64,000 nucleotides of DNA from NCBI GenBank assembly GCA_044229975.1, contig JBGARZ010000021.1, forward strand, positions 99,818 to 163,817. Direction: 5' to 3'. The position numbers were made by a program, and so were the translations under genes. Numbering within the stretch: the first letter of the stretch is position 1; the number at the start of each line of letters is the position of its first letter. Below are positions 1 through 9,628 of the stretch, piece after piece. The stretch comes from Polyangiales bacterium (GTDB lineage Bacteria; Myxococcota_A; Polyangia; Polyangiales; Ga0077539). The notes beneath the pieces are model-generated. The model searched no databases, was not told the origin of the DNA, and was given only the letters and a program-made list of their open reading frames with translations.

Positions 1-888
1 CTCGAAGCCCATGGAGAAGGTCTTCACGCGGCCGGGCGTGAGCCGGGACATCACCGCGACCACCGTCGACGAGTCGAGGCCGCCGCTCAGGAAGGCCCCG
101 AGCGGAACCTCCGCGACGAGCCTCCGCTCGACCGCGGCGAAGATCATCCTCCGCACGTCGGCGACCAGCTCGGGGAAGGGCGGCAGCTCGTCGTCGACGT
201 AGGTGCGCCAGTCCCAGTAGCGGCGCATGGTGACCCCGGCGCGCGAGACCGCGAGCGTGTGTCCCGGCGGCAGCTTGCGGACGTCCCGAAATACGCTGAG
301 GGGAGAAGGCACGAAGCGCAGCGCGAGGAAGTGACCGAGCGCCTCGGGGTCGACCTCGCGTCGCACCTTCGGGTGCAGCAGCAGCGGCTTGAGCTCCGAG
401 CCGAAGACCAGCGTGCCGTCGAGGTCGGCGTAGTAGATGGGCTTCTTGCCGAGGTGATCGCGCGCGATGAGCAGGCGGTCACCGTCGGCCGCGGGGCGCT
501 GGTCGAGCAGCGCAAACGCGAACATCCCTTCGAAGCGCGTGACGCAGGCGTCGCCCCACTCCTCGTAGGCGTGGACGATCACCTCCGTGTCGCTGCGGGT
601 GCGGAAGACGTGGCCGCACGCCTCCAGCTCGCGCCGCAGCGCGACGAAGTTGTAGATCTCCCCGTTGAAGACCACGTGGACGTCGCCGGTCTCGTTGGAG
701 ACGGGCTGCTGTCCGCCGGCGATGTCGATGATGGCGAGGCGCCGCATGGCGAGCCCCACGCAGTCGCGAAACAGGTAGCCGTCCGCGTCGGGGCCGCGAT
801 GAACGAGCGAGTCGTTCATCCGGCGCACGAGGTCACGGTCGACCGGCGCGCCGTGGCGATACTCGTAGATGCCGACGATGCCGCACAC
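1..888 (-). CDS. asnB: Asparagine synthase (glutamine-hydrolysing)-like amidotransferase, N-terminal part; runs off the window edge
   Basis: Not in the ORF track. The minus strand from GTG at 888 reads MCGIVGIYEYRHGAPVDRDLVRRMNDSLVHRGPD...RRLAIID...QPVSNE...VVFNGEIYNF: class II glutamine amidotransferase N-terminus with the catalytic Cys2. Confidence 0.93.
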   Translation of the reverse strand, partial: MCGIVGIYEYRHGAPVDRDLVRRMNDSLVHRGPDADGYLFRDCVGLAMRRLAIIDIAGGQQPVSNETGDVHVVFNGEIYNFVALRRELEACGHVFRTRSDTEVIVHAYEEWGDACVTRFEGMFAFALLDQRPAADGDRLLIARDHLGKKPIYYADLDGTLVFGSELKPLLLHPKVRREVDPEALGHFLALRFVPSPLSVFRDVRKLPPGHTLAVSRAGVTMRRYWDWRTYVDDELPPFPELVADVRRMIFAAVERRLVAEVPLGAFLSGGLDSSTVVAVMSRLTPGRVKTFSMGFE

Positions 889-928
889 GGGGTTTAGGGA
901 ATGCTTCGAAGGGGTCGGAGGGAGAGGG

Positions 929-1927
929 TCAGCCGTTGGCGCGCTTCTCGCGCTCGGCGAGGGCGACGTCGGCGTCGACCATGAGCGTCACGAGATCGCG
1001 GAAGCCCACGGTGGGCGTCCAGTCGAGCTTGGCCTTCGCCTTGGAAGGGTCAGCCAGGAGCAGGTCGACCTCGGCCGGGCGGAGGTACCGCTCGTCGAGC
1101 TTCACGTGCTCCTGCCAGTCGAGGCCCGCGTGACCAAACGCGATCTCCAGGAACTCCTTCACCGAGTGTGTCTCCCCCGTTCCCACCACGAAGTCGTCGG
1201 GCTCGTCGACCTGGAGCATGCGCCACATGGCGTCGACGTAGTCAGGCGCGAAGCCCCAGTCGCGCTTGGCGTCGAGGTTGCCCAGGAAGAGTTCTTTCTG
1301 GAGGCCGAGCTTGATGCGACCGACGGCGCGCGTGATCTTGCGCGTCACGAAGGTCTCTCCGCGACGAGGCGACTCGTGGTTGAAGAGCAGCCCGTTGACC
1401 GCGAACATCCCGTAGGCCTCGCGGTAGTTCTGCACCATGTAGAACGCGTACGCCTTGGCGACGGCGTAGGGGCTGCGCGGATGGAAGGGCGTGGTCTCCT
1501 TCTGCGGCGTCTCGACGACCTTGCCGTAGAGCTCGCTCGAGCTCGCCTGGTAGAAGCGGCACTGCACGCCGACCTTGCGGATGGCCTCCAGCATGCGGAC
1601 GGCGCCGAGCGCGGTGACCTCGCCCGTGTACTCGGGGATGTCGAAGGACACGCGCACGTGGCTCTGCGCGCCGAGGTTGTAGACCTCGTCGGGCTTGGTC
1701 GCGGTGACGATGGACTGGAGCGACGAGCTGTCGTTGAGGTCGCCGTAGTGGAGGTACAGGTTGACGCCGCGCTCGTGGGGATCGCGGTACACGCTGTCGA
1801 GGCGCTCGGTGTTGAACGAGCTGGAGCGGCGCACGATGCCGTGCACCTCGTAGCCCTTCGCGAGCAGGAGCTCGGTGAGGTAGGAGCCGTCCTGTCCGGT
1901 GATGCCTGTGATGAGGGCGCGCTTCAT
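929..1927 (-). CDS. gmd: GDP-mannose 4,6-dehydratase
   Basis: [62 protein letters not shown]. Start placed at ATG 1927, overlapping the fcl stop. Confidence 0.97.
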   Translation of the reverse strand: MKRALITGITGQDGSYLTELLLAKGYEVHGIVRRSSSFNTERLDSVYRDPHERGVNLYLHYGDLNDSSSLQSIVTATKPDEVYNLGAQSHVRVSFDIPEYTGEVTALGAVRMLEAIRKVGVQCRFYQASSSELYGKVVETPQKETTPFHPRSPYAVAKAYAFYMVQNYREAYGMFAVNGLLFNHESPRRGETFVTRKITRAVGRIKLGLQKELFLGNLDAKRDWGFAPDYVDAMWRMLQVDEPDDFVVGTGETHSVKEFLEIAFGHAGLDWQEHVKLDERYLRPAEVDLLLADPSKAKAKLDWTPTVGFRDLVTLMVDADVALAEREKRANG

Positions 1928-2898
1928 GAGGATGTCCGTGCGGTCTCTCGGGCGGCGATGGCGCCGCGGTTGTCGCGGTACCACGCGATGGTGCGGCGCA
2001 GGCCCTCCTGGAGGGACGTGCGCGCGGTGAAGCCGAAGCGCTCGCGGGCGCGCTCGACGTCGAGCATGCGGCGCGGCTGACCGTTGGGGCGGTTGGCGTC
2101 CCAGCGCACCTCGCCGGTGAAGCCGCAGGCGCGGGCGATGGTGAGGGCGAGCTCGCCCATGGAGATCTCGAAGCCCGCTCCGAGGTTGACCGGGTCGGCG
2201 TCGTCGTAGCGCTCGGCCGCGAGCGCGAGGCCCTCGGCGCAGTCCTCGACGAAGAGAAACTCGCGCGTGGGCGTGCCGTCACCCCAGAGCGTGACGTGCG
2301 ACTCGCCGCGAGCCTGGGCGTCGATGAACTTGCGGATCATGGCGGGGATGACGTGCGAGTCTTCGAGGTCGAAGTTGTCGCGCGGCCCGTAGAGGTTCAC
2401 CGGGAACACCATCACGAAGTTGGAGCCGTACTCCTGGCGGTAGGCCTGGGCCATCACCAGGAGGGACTTCTTCGCGATGCCGTAGGGGGCGTTGGTCTCC
2501 TCGGGATAGCCGTTCCAGAGGTCGTCTTCGCGGAAGGGGACGGGGGTGAACTTCGGGTACGCGCAGATGGTGCCGGCGACGACGACCTTCGCGGTGCCAT
2601 GGGCGCGCGCGCACTCCAGCACGTTGAGCCCCATCGCCATGTTGTCGTAGAAGAACTTCCCGGGGTGACGACGGTTGGCGCCAATGCCGCCCACGCTCGC
2701 CGCGAGGTGCACCACGAGGTCGGGCCTGTGCTGCTCGAACATCGCGTGGGTCTGCGCCGCGTCGCGCAGGTCGAACGCCGCCGAGCGCGGCACCGCCACG
2801 TCCGCCGCACCACGGGCGACGAGCGCCTCGACGACGTGCGACCCCAGAAACCCGCTCCCTCCCGTGACCAAGACCTTCTGACCTGTGAGCGTTGCCAT
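1924..2898 (-). CDS. fcl: GDP-L-fucose synthase
   Basis: [63 protein letters not shown]; coupled to gmd. Confidence 0.95.
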   Translation of the reverse strand: MATLTGQKVLVTGGSGFLGSHVVEALVARGAADVAVPRSAAFDLRDAAQTHAMFEQHRPDLVVHLAASVGGIGANRRHPGKFFYDNMAMGLNVLECARAHGTAKVVVAGTICAYPKFTPVPFREDDLWNGYPEETNAPYGIAKKSLLVMAQAYRQEYGSNFVMVFPVNLYGPRDNFDLEDSHVIPAMIRKFIDAQARGESHVTLWGDGTPTREFLFVEDCAEGLALAAERYDDADPVNLGAGFEISMGELALTIARACGFTGEVRWDANRPNGQPRRMLDVERARERFGFTARTSLQEGLRRTIAWYRDNRGAIAARETARTSS

Positions 2899-3000
2899 CG
2901 TGCGCGATCCTTCTCAAGCCGCAGGGCGGGGCGTCACTACCACGGTACGCCCGGTGCGCCAACGCGCCTCGCGACGCGCTGACAGCCTTCAATCCGACGC

Positions 3001-3831
3001 CTACTTCACCGCCTCGATGAGCAGCCCCGTCCCGAGGCGATCACCGAGCAGCCGAACGGCCCATCGCGGGTACAGCTTCCACGCGAGCTTGTGGTGCCAG
3101 CGGCGGTACTTCGCCGCCGGAGGCATCAACAACAGGTCGCCATGAGCGAGCTGCGGCCGCACGTCGGAGCGGTCAAACATCCCCACGAGGTCTTTTGCCT
3201 CGGCCACGGTGTAGGCCTTGGTGCCGGGGCTCTCCAGGTGCTCGAAGACTGCCTGCCGCGGGCTCACCCACGGGCGCAAGCGCACGGCGTAGTGGAGGCC
3301 CCAGAGCATCAGCCCGACCCACGAGGGGTGGTGATAGACCATGATGAGCGCGGTGCCGCCGGGCTTGAGCACGCGATGCACCTCGCGCACGGCGCGGCGG
3401 GTGTCGGGCGAGTGGTGGAGCACCCCGTACGAGTAGACGAGGTCGAAGCTCGCATCGGGGAAGGGGAGGTTCTCCGCGTCGGCGACCTGAACCTCCGCCG
3501 TGAGCCCCTCCAGCGCGAGGCGCTCGCGGGTGAGCGCGACCCCTTCAGGGGTGAGGTCGACGCCCGTGGCGACGGCCCCGTTGCGCACCCAGTTGATGAA
3601 GTCGGTGCCCGCGCCGACGCCGACCTCCAGCACCTTCAGCCCGCGCCCTCGCTCGAAGCGGGCGAAGGGCTTGATGTACGGCTCCCACGCGTAGCGGTCG
3701 CGCTCGATCTCGTCGAAGAAGGCGCGGCGCTCGGCGGGTGATGCCCCACGGGTGCCGCAGGGCTCCGCCTGCCAGTGCCGTCGGACGGCGTCTTTCAACG
3801 CCTCTGCGTCCCGTGCGGTGGGGTGATCCAT
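3001..3831 (-). CDS. Class I SAM-dependent methyltransferase
   Basis: VLEVGVGAGTD motif I, DAENLPFPDASFDLVYSYGVLHH, RVLKPGG. Confidence 0.9.
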   Translation of the reverse strand: MDHPTARDAEALKDAVRRHWQAEPCGTRGASPAERRAFFDEIERDRYAWEPYIKPFARFERGRGLKVLEVGVGAGTDFINWVRNGAVATGVDLTPEGVALTRERLALEGLTAEVQVADAENLPFPDASFDLVYSYGVLHHSPDTRRAVREVHRVLKPGGTALIMVYHHPSWVGLMLWGLHYAVRLRPWVSPRQAVFEHLESPGTKAYTVAEAKDLVGMFDRSDVRPQLAHGDLLLMPPAAKYRRWHHKLAWKLYPRWAVRLLGDRLGTGLLIEAVK

Positions 3832-4068
3832 CGATGCGATGCTCCAATGGCGAGGAAGAAATTGGGGGGCGAACCTGACACCCCCGTTTGCGCCGAGTCA
3901 ACGGTCGGCGCGCGGGCCTCGTCCGATCCCCTGTTGCTCCGGCGCGGCGCTCCGTTCTACCACCGGATGCTTCTCGCGGCGGACTGAACCCCGCGCCGTG
4001 TTGGCGCAACGCACGCCTCCATCGTGCTCCTCCGCTCGTTGGCACCGCGACCCACCCCACAGCACTGA

Positions 4069-6573
4069 ATGCCCGCCATAGACGTCTTGCATCCCCGGCC
4101 CGCCCCCGTGGCGATCAAGCCCCACGCCGCCTGGGCGCGGCCTGCGCTCCTCGCCATTGCGTTCGGTGCGCCGCTCGCGCTCGGCGGTGCTCCCCAGTGG
4201 ACCGTCCCGGTGTTCGCCGTCCTGGGTCTCGTCGCGCTCGCGCTCACCGGCATCGATCGCGCGGTCGCTCCACGTGACCGCCTGCTCGTCGGGTGGTTGC
4301 TGCTGCTCGGGGTGCTCGGCCTTCAGCTCGTTCCGCTGCCGCCGGGCCTTCTCCAGCTCATCGACCCGGCGTCCGCGGCCGCGTCGGCGGGCGCCCTCGA
4401 CCCGTTGCAGATCTCCCGCGCGCACTCCTGGCGAGCCCTGCACCACGACCCCGGCGGCGGCCTGTCCGACTTCGTCTACCTCCTCGGACTCGGCGCCGCG
4501 TACCTCGCCGCGACGCGCGTCTCCTCGCGCGAAGACGGCGACCGGGTGCTGCGCATCGTCGCCTACGCCGCGCTGCTCATCGCGGGCATCGCGCTCGCGC
4601 ACCAGTTCACCGAGCAGGATCGGGTGTTCGCGTTCTATCGGCCGCGCGCCGCAGGGCCGCCCATTCTCTCCCCGCTGCTCAACCCCAACCACCTCGCGGC
4701 CCTCACCGGGGCGGGCGCCATCCTCTGGTTGGGCTTCGCCGTCGCCGCCGATCGCGCCGCCGCGCGCACCATCGCCGCCGTGGCCGCCGTGACCTGCGGC
4801 GTCGTCTGCATGGTGTCCCTCTCCCGCGGCGGCGTCGCGGCGACCGTGGGGTGCATCCTCCTCTTCGTCGCGCTCAACGCGCGGCGGCCACCCTCCGAGC
4901 ACGACGCGCCACGCAAGGGTCCGCAGACCTGGATCGGCCTCGCGCTCGGCGCAGTGATCGTGCTCGCTGGCCTGTATGTCGCGGCGACGTCGCTCAGCGA
5001 CGAGTACGCGCTCGGCGGCGTGAGCAAGCTGGAGACCTTCCGTCGCGCGCTCGGATTGCTGCGCGCCCACTGGCTGCTCGGAGTCGGCTCGGGCGCGGTG
5101 CCCGTCGCGGTGGTGGCCTCCGGTCGCCTCGACCCCGACTTCACCTTCCTCCGCGTCGAGTGCCTCCCGGTCGACCTCGCTGTCTCCTTCGGCCTGCCCG
5201 CCGCCCTCGTGGCGGGTTGGTTCGTGGTGCGGGCCCTCCGTGACTGGTGCCCGCCGGGCAACGCCACGCCCGTCGTGGTCGGCGCGTGGTGCGCGATGCT
5301 CTCGCTCGTCCTCCACGACCTCGTGGACTTCTCGATGTTCCTCGGGGGCGTCGGCTACCCCGCGGCGCTGCTCGCCGGCTACCTCATGGCGCAGCGACTC
5401 CGCCGCTGGCGCCAACCATTGCCCCGCGGCCAGGCCGTGATGCGCGTCCCCGCGTTGGCGCTCCTCGCGCTCGGCCTCGCGCTCGCTCCCTTCGCGTGGC
5501 ACTCGACGCTCGAACCCGACCGCGACCGCATGGAGGCGCTGCTGCGCTCGGACCCGTCGGCCCTCCACGGCGACGCCCTCCGCGGCGCCCTCACGCGCCA
5601 CCCCTCCGACGCGTACCTCCCGCTCCTCGCGGGCGCCCACGCCGCCGCGCAAAACGACCCCGCGGCCCTGCGCTTCGTGGCCCGCGCGCTCGTCATCTCG
5701 CCCAACTGGGCGCAGCCGCATCTCCTGCTCGCCCGCACCTTCGCCGCGCGCGGGCTTCGCTCGCAGGCGCTGGTCGAGCTCCGCGAGGCGCTCTCCCGCT
5801 CCGCGTCGGTCATCCGTCCCGCCGCCGCGCTCGTCGGTCGCCTCCGCCCGCTGCCCTCCCGCGACGAGTTCGAGCGCATCACCCCGCGGGCTCCCTACGG
5901 CCTCAACTTCCTCGACGCCGCGACCGGCCACGAGGGCGTCACCGCGGAGTACCTCGCGGCCATCGACGAGGTCGCCCTCGGGCGCGACCCCACCTACCTC
6001 AACGCCCTCCGTCGTCGCTCGCAGGCCGCCGTGGCCACCGGGCACGACGATGAGGCGAAGGGCTACTGCGATCGCATGGTCACCGGCCACCCGACGCTCG
6101 CCGACGGGTACCTGTGCCGCGGCACCATCCAGGCGCGGCAGGGCGACGACGTCGCGGCGATGCGAACCTTCGCCGCGGGCATCGCGCGGGCGTCCGACAC
6201 CTATGGTCTGCAGATCGCCCGGGCCCGCATCTACGCCGCGCGCCGCGAGGGGCCGTCCATGCGCGAGGCCATCGCCGCCGCCAAGGAAGCTGCCGGCGCC
6301 GACACGCAGCGGCTCGTCGCGGCGTGCGGCATCCTCGGTGAACTCGAGACCTCCCTCGGCAATCACTTCGGGGCCATCGAGGCGTACGTGATGGCCCACT
6401 CCCTCGCGGCCCCGGACACGCCCTTCGTCATCGAGCTGTTGGAGGCGAAGGCGCGCGTCCACGATCGCGCGGGGGTCGAGCAGATCTGCAGCCAGCTCGC
6501 CGAGGGCGGTCCGTTGAGCGCGCGGGTGATGCCGCACTGCAACCGCGGCGCGGTCGGCGACGCCGGGCCTTGA
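4069..6573 (+). CDS. O-antigen ligase/polymerase (Wzy_C)-like membrane protein with TPR-like C-terminal region
   Basis: About 12 hydrophobic segments, NPNHLAA and SLSRGG motifs, LLGVGSG, LHDLVDF, then helical TPR-like repeats; directly upstream of wzc. Confidence 0.78.
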   Translation: MPAIDVLHPRPAPVAIKPHAAWARPALLAIAFGAPLALGGAPQWTVPVFAVLGLVALALTGIDRAVAPRDRLLVGWLLLLGVLGLQLVPLPPGLLQLIDPASAAASAGALDPLQISRAHSWRALHHDPGGGLSDFVYLLGLGAAYLAATRVSSREDGDRVLRIVAYAALLIAGIALAHQFTEQDRVFAFYRPRAAGPPILSPLLNPNHLAALTGAGAILWLGFAVAADRAAARTIAAVAAVTCGVVCMVSLSRGGVAATVGCILLFVALNARRPPSEHDAPRKGPQTWIGLALGAVIVLAGLYVAATSLSDEYALGGVSKLETFRRALGLLRAHWLLGVGSGAVPVAVVASGRLDPDFTFLRVECLPVDLAVSFGLPAALVAGWFVVRALRDWCPPGNATPVVVGAWCAMLSLVLHDLVDFSMFLGGVGYPAALLAGYLMAQRLRRWRQPLPRGQAVMRVPALALLALGLALAPFAWHSTLEPDRDRMEALLRSDPSALHGDALRGALTRHPSDAYLPLLAGAHAAAQNDPAALRFVARALVISPNWAQPHLLLARTFAARGLRSQALVELREALSRSASVIRPAAALVGRLRPLPSRDEFERITPRAPYGLNFLDAATGHEGVTAEYLAAIDEVALGRDPTYLNALRRRSQAAVATGHDDEAKGYCDRMVTGHPTLADGYLCRGTIQARQGDDVAAMRTFAAGIARASDTYGLQIARARIYAARREGPSMREAIAAAKEAAGADTQRLVAACGILGELETSLGNHFGAIEAYVMAHSLAAPDTPFVIELLEAKARVHDRAGVEQICSQLAEGGPLSARVMPHCNRGAVGDAGP

Positions 6574-6664
6574 ACGTCCCCGAGGGGCGGGCGCAACGCA
6601 TGGGTTCGCCGGTTGTCCCGCGGGGATGATCTGGTAGTAAGGCCGGACGAATGGAGACGCGCGA

Positions 6665-8998
6665 GTGACCGAGATGGCGACGAGACCCACGGGTCCACAG
6701 GAGGCGCTGCACTCCCCGCTGGAGCAGGTCCGACAGCTCTGGAAGCACCGATGGATCGTGGTCAGCGGCATCGCCCTCGCCCTCTGCCTCGACGCGCTGT
6801 GGGTGCTCCGTCAGCCCAAGATCTACGCGGCCACCGCGGTGCTCCAGTTCGAGCCCAACCCCACGCGTCCGCTGGGTCGTCAGGTCGAAGAGCTCGACTC
6901 CTCCGGCGTCGGCTCGTACTGGAACATCCGCGAGTATTACGAGACCCAGTACCGCGTGCTGAAGAGCCGCGCCGTGGCCGAGGCCGTGGTGCGCCGCCTC
7001 GGTCTCCAGCACGACCCTGACTTCATGGGCGTGCCCGCCTCGCGCCGCGGGGCGTTCCGCTCGGTCACGGTCGAGCAGGCGGCCGTCGCGCTCGTCGGGC
7101 GGGTTCGGGTCGAGCCCGTGAAGGAGAGCCGCCTCGTCAACCTCGTGGTCGAAGACCGCTCGCCGCGACGCGCGAAGCTGCTGGCCGACACCGTCCTCGC
7201 GGTCTTCGTCGAGCGCAACCTGGAGCGTCGCCTCCAGGGCACCCGCGACGCGGTGCGCTGGCTCGGCAACCAGCTCCACGACCTCCAGGAGAACCTCTCC
7301 GGCTCCGAGGCCGCGCTCCAGACCTTCCGCCGCAACAACAACATCGTCTCCGAGAACTTCGCCGACCAGCGCAACATCCTCGGCAACCGCATCGGGCAGC
7401 TCACCGAAGCGCTCACCCAGGCGCAGACGCGGCGCTTCCAGCTCGCGGCGCGCGCCGCCGAGGTGAGCCGCGCCGAGCGCGAGGTGCTGCGCTCCCTGGA
7501 GGGCGTCTCCGAGGGGGGCGCCTCGGGCATGGCCATCGACGCCAACCTCGCCGACCGGGTGCGCTGGCGTTCGCGCGTGGGCACGGCGATGTCCCAGCTC
7601 TCGGCGCCGGAGTTCCTGACCTCGACGGTGCTCAGCTCGCTGCGCACGCAGTTCGAGATCGCGCTCCGCGAGGAGTCGACCGTCGAGATCCGCTACCTCC
7701 AGCAGTCGCTCGAGCTGCGCGGCGCCCGCGCGCGCACCAACGCCGTCGTGAGCCTCTTCCGCGCCGAGGTGGCCAACATCCGCGGTGCCGCCGAGGCCGA
7801 GTTGCGGGGCTTGCAGCGCTCGGAGAACAGCGTGCGGGCGGAGCTCTCCTCCGCGCAGCACGTGGCGGTCGAGCTCAACCAGCAGGAGATGGAGTACTCG
7901 GGGCTCACCCGGGCGCGCGACAACCACGCGAAGATCTACGGCATCGTCCTGGAGCGCACGACGGAGGGCAACCTCATGCGCGACCTCCAGGTCAACAACA
8001 TGAGCGTGCTGGAGTCGGCGCTCCTGCCGACGGCGCCCATCAAGCCGCGGGTGCCGCTCACGCTCGCCCTCGGCGGCTTCGCGGGCGTCGTGCTCGGGGT
8101 GCTCGGCGCCATGGTCGCGGTGCTCGCCGACCGCACGGTGCGCTCGCGCGCCGACGTCGAGGAGGGCCTCCGTACGCCGGTGCTCGGGTCGCTCCCGATG
8201 GTGAGCAGCCGCGGCATGCGCAACCAGTACAAGTACCGCTACGGCGACACCCACGCGCCGGAGGGCCCGGTGGAAAACCTCGACCTCGTGGTGCACTCGC
8301 ACCCCGGCTCGATGATCGCCGAGCTCGCCCGCGGCATCCGCACCAACCTGCTCTTCATGTCGCCCGACAAGCCCTTCCAGATGCTCATGGTGACCAGCGC
8401 ATCGCCGCGCGAGGGCAAGACCTTCACCGCAGTGAGCCTCGCCATCTCGCTCGCCCAGAGCGGCAAGCGCGTGCTGCTCGTGGACGCCGACCTGCGACGC
8501 CCGCGCATCCACAAGGTCTTCGGCCTGCGTCCCCCGGTGGGGCTCACCAGCATCCTCATCGGCGAGGCCACCCACGACGAGGCGGTCTTCGAGACCGAGG
8601 TGCCCAACCTCTCGCTGCTCCCGTGCGGGCCCATTCCCCCCAACCCCGCCGAGCTCCTGCACAGCCAGAAGGCCAGCGAGTTTCTCGCCTACCTCCGCAC
8701 GCAGTACGACCGCATCATCGTCGACTCGCCGCCCATCACGGCGGTCACCGACGCGCTCGCCCTCGGCCCGCAGCTCGACGGCGTCGTGCTCGTGGTGCGC
8801 ATGCGCCAGACCCGCCGCGACCAGGCCGCGAGCGTGCTGCGTCAGCTCCGCGCGCTGGGCAGCACCGTCGCCGGCTGCGTGCTCAACGCCATCGAGCCCA
8901 ACAGCGACGCGCCCTCGTACTACTACGCCGGCAGCTACGACTACTCGCCGCACCCCGCCGACCTGCCGAAGCCGCCGACGCCCGAAGCCCGGGCGTAG
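6665..8998 (+). CDS. wzc: Polysaccharide co-polymerase / tyrosine autokinase (Wzc/GumC family)
   Basis: Two TM segments around a coiled-coil periplasmic region, Walker A TSASPREGKT, LLVDADLRRP, IIVDSPP, C-terminal Tyr cluster SYYYAGSYDY. Confidence 0.92.
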   Translation: MTEMATRPTGPQEALHSPLEQVRQLWKHRWIVVSGIALALCLDALWVLRQPKIYAATAVLQFEPNPTRPLGRQVEELDSSGVGSYWNIREYYETQYRVLKSRAVAEAVVRRLGLQHDPDFMGVPASRRGAFRSVTVEQAAVALVGRVRVEPVKESRLVNLVVEDRSPRRAKLLADTVLAVFVERNLERRLQGTRDAVRWLGNQLHDLQENLSGSEAALQTFRRNNNIVSENFADQRNILGNRIGQLTEALTQAQTRRFQLAARAAEVSRAEREVLRSLEGVSEGGASGMAIDANLADRVRWRSRVGTAMSQLSAPEFLTSTVLSSLRTQFEIALREESTVEIRYLQQSLELRGARARTNAVVSLFRAEVANIRGAAEAELRGLQRSENSVRAELSSAQHVAVELNQQEMEYSGLTRARDNHAKIYGIVLERTTEGNLMRDLQVNNMSVLESALLPTAPIKPRVPLTLALGGFAGVVLGVLGAMVAVLADRTVRSRADVEEGLRTPVLGSLPMVSSRGMRNQYKYRYGDTHAPEGPVENLDLVVHSHPGSMIAELARGIRTNLLFMSPDKPFQMLMVTSASPREGKTFTAVSLAISLAQSGKRVLLVDADLRRPRIHKVFGLRPPVGLTSILIGEATHDEAVFETEVPNLSLLPCGPIPPNPAELLHSQKASEFLAYLRTQYDRIIVDSPPITAVTDALALGPQLDGVVLVVRMRQTRRDQAASVLRQLRALGSTVAGCVLNAIEPNSDAPSYYYAGSYDYSPHPADLPKPPTPEARA

Positions 8999-9001
8999 CG
9001 C

Positions 9002-9619
9002 TCAGCGGAACTCGAACGACGTCACCAGCTCGTCGAAGGCCGCGCCCGCCGAGGCCACCGTCGCGCGAGGCCCCGTCATCTTGAAGAACCACGGGCCGTT
9101 GGGGGTCTCCACGATGGCCGCGAGCAGCGCGTAGCCGTCGCGCGGCGCGGACGGTGCGGCGCCGGGCATGCCCATGCCGCCGCTGGCGAAGCGGCCCTCG
9201 ACGCGGGTGACCGTGACCGTGAGCCCGTGCGACGTGCGGCTCTCGCGCGTGGCGACCGAGGCGCTCGGCCGACCGTCGGGCTGCTCGAACTGCCCGTACC
9301 AACGGGTCAGGTTGCTGTCGATCGACCCGCCCTGACCCGCGCCAAACCAGAACACCGTCAGCTCGCCGTCGGAGTTGGGCGTCGCGCCGGGGATGACGTA
9401 CTGCGCGCGCCGCATCGACGACGACGGGGTGCCGCGACGCCACGCGGGCGGGTCGGTCCATCGCAGCGTGCCTTCGGCGGGGGCGTGCGCGGCCGGCATC
9501 TGGAGCGCCGAGGCGCTCGGGCGCGCGGGAGGCGGAGCGGTGGGCTCGGGTGCGGCGCCACGGCAGGCGGAGAGGACGAGCGCGAGCGCGAGCGGGCGGG
9601 CGAGGGAGGGGGTGTTCAT
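9002..9619 (-). CDS. Hypothetical lipoprotein
   Basis: Signal peptide ending LVLSAC, Pro/Ala linker, globular domain with NLTRWYGQF and GPWFFKMTGP; fills the space between wzc and the next gene. Confidence 0.75.
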   Translation of the reverse strand: MNTPSLARPLALALVLSACRGAAPEPTAPPPARPSASALQMPAAHAPAEGTLRWTDPPAWRRGTPSSSMRRAQYVIPGATPNSDGELTVFWFGAGQGGSIDSNLTRWYGQFEQPDGRPSASVATRESRTSHGLTVTVTRVEGRFASGGMGMPGAAPSAPRDGYALLAAIVETPNGPWFFKMTGPRATVASAGAAFDELVTSFEFR

Positions 9620-9628
9620 GGCGGGCGT

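Noticed and set aside
4002..4016. Possible sigma-54 promoter (TGGCGC...GC) before the ligase-like gene
   Set aside because: GG-N10-GC spacing fits but the TTGC element is absent; likely chance at this GC content.
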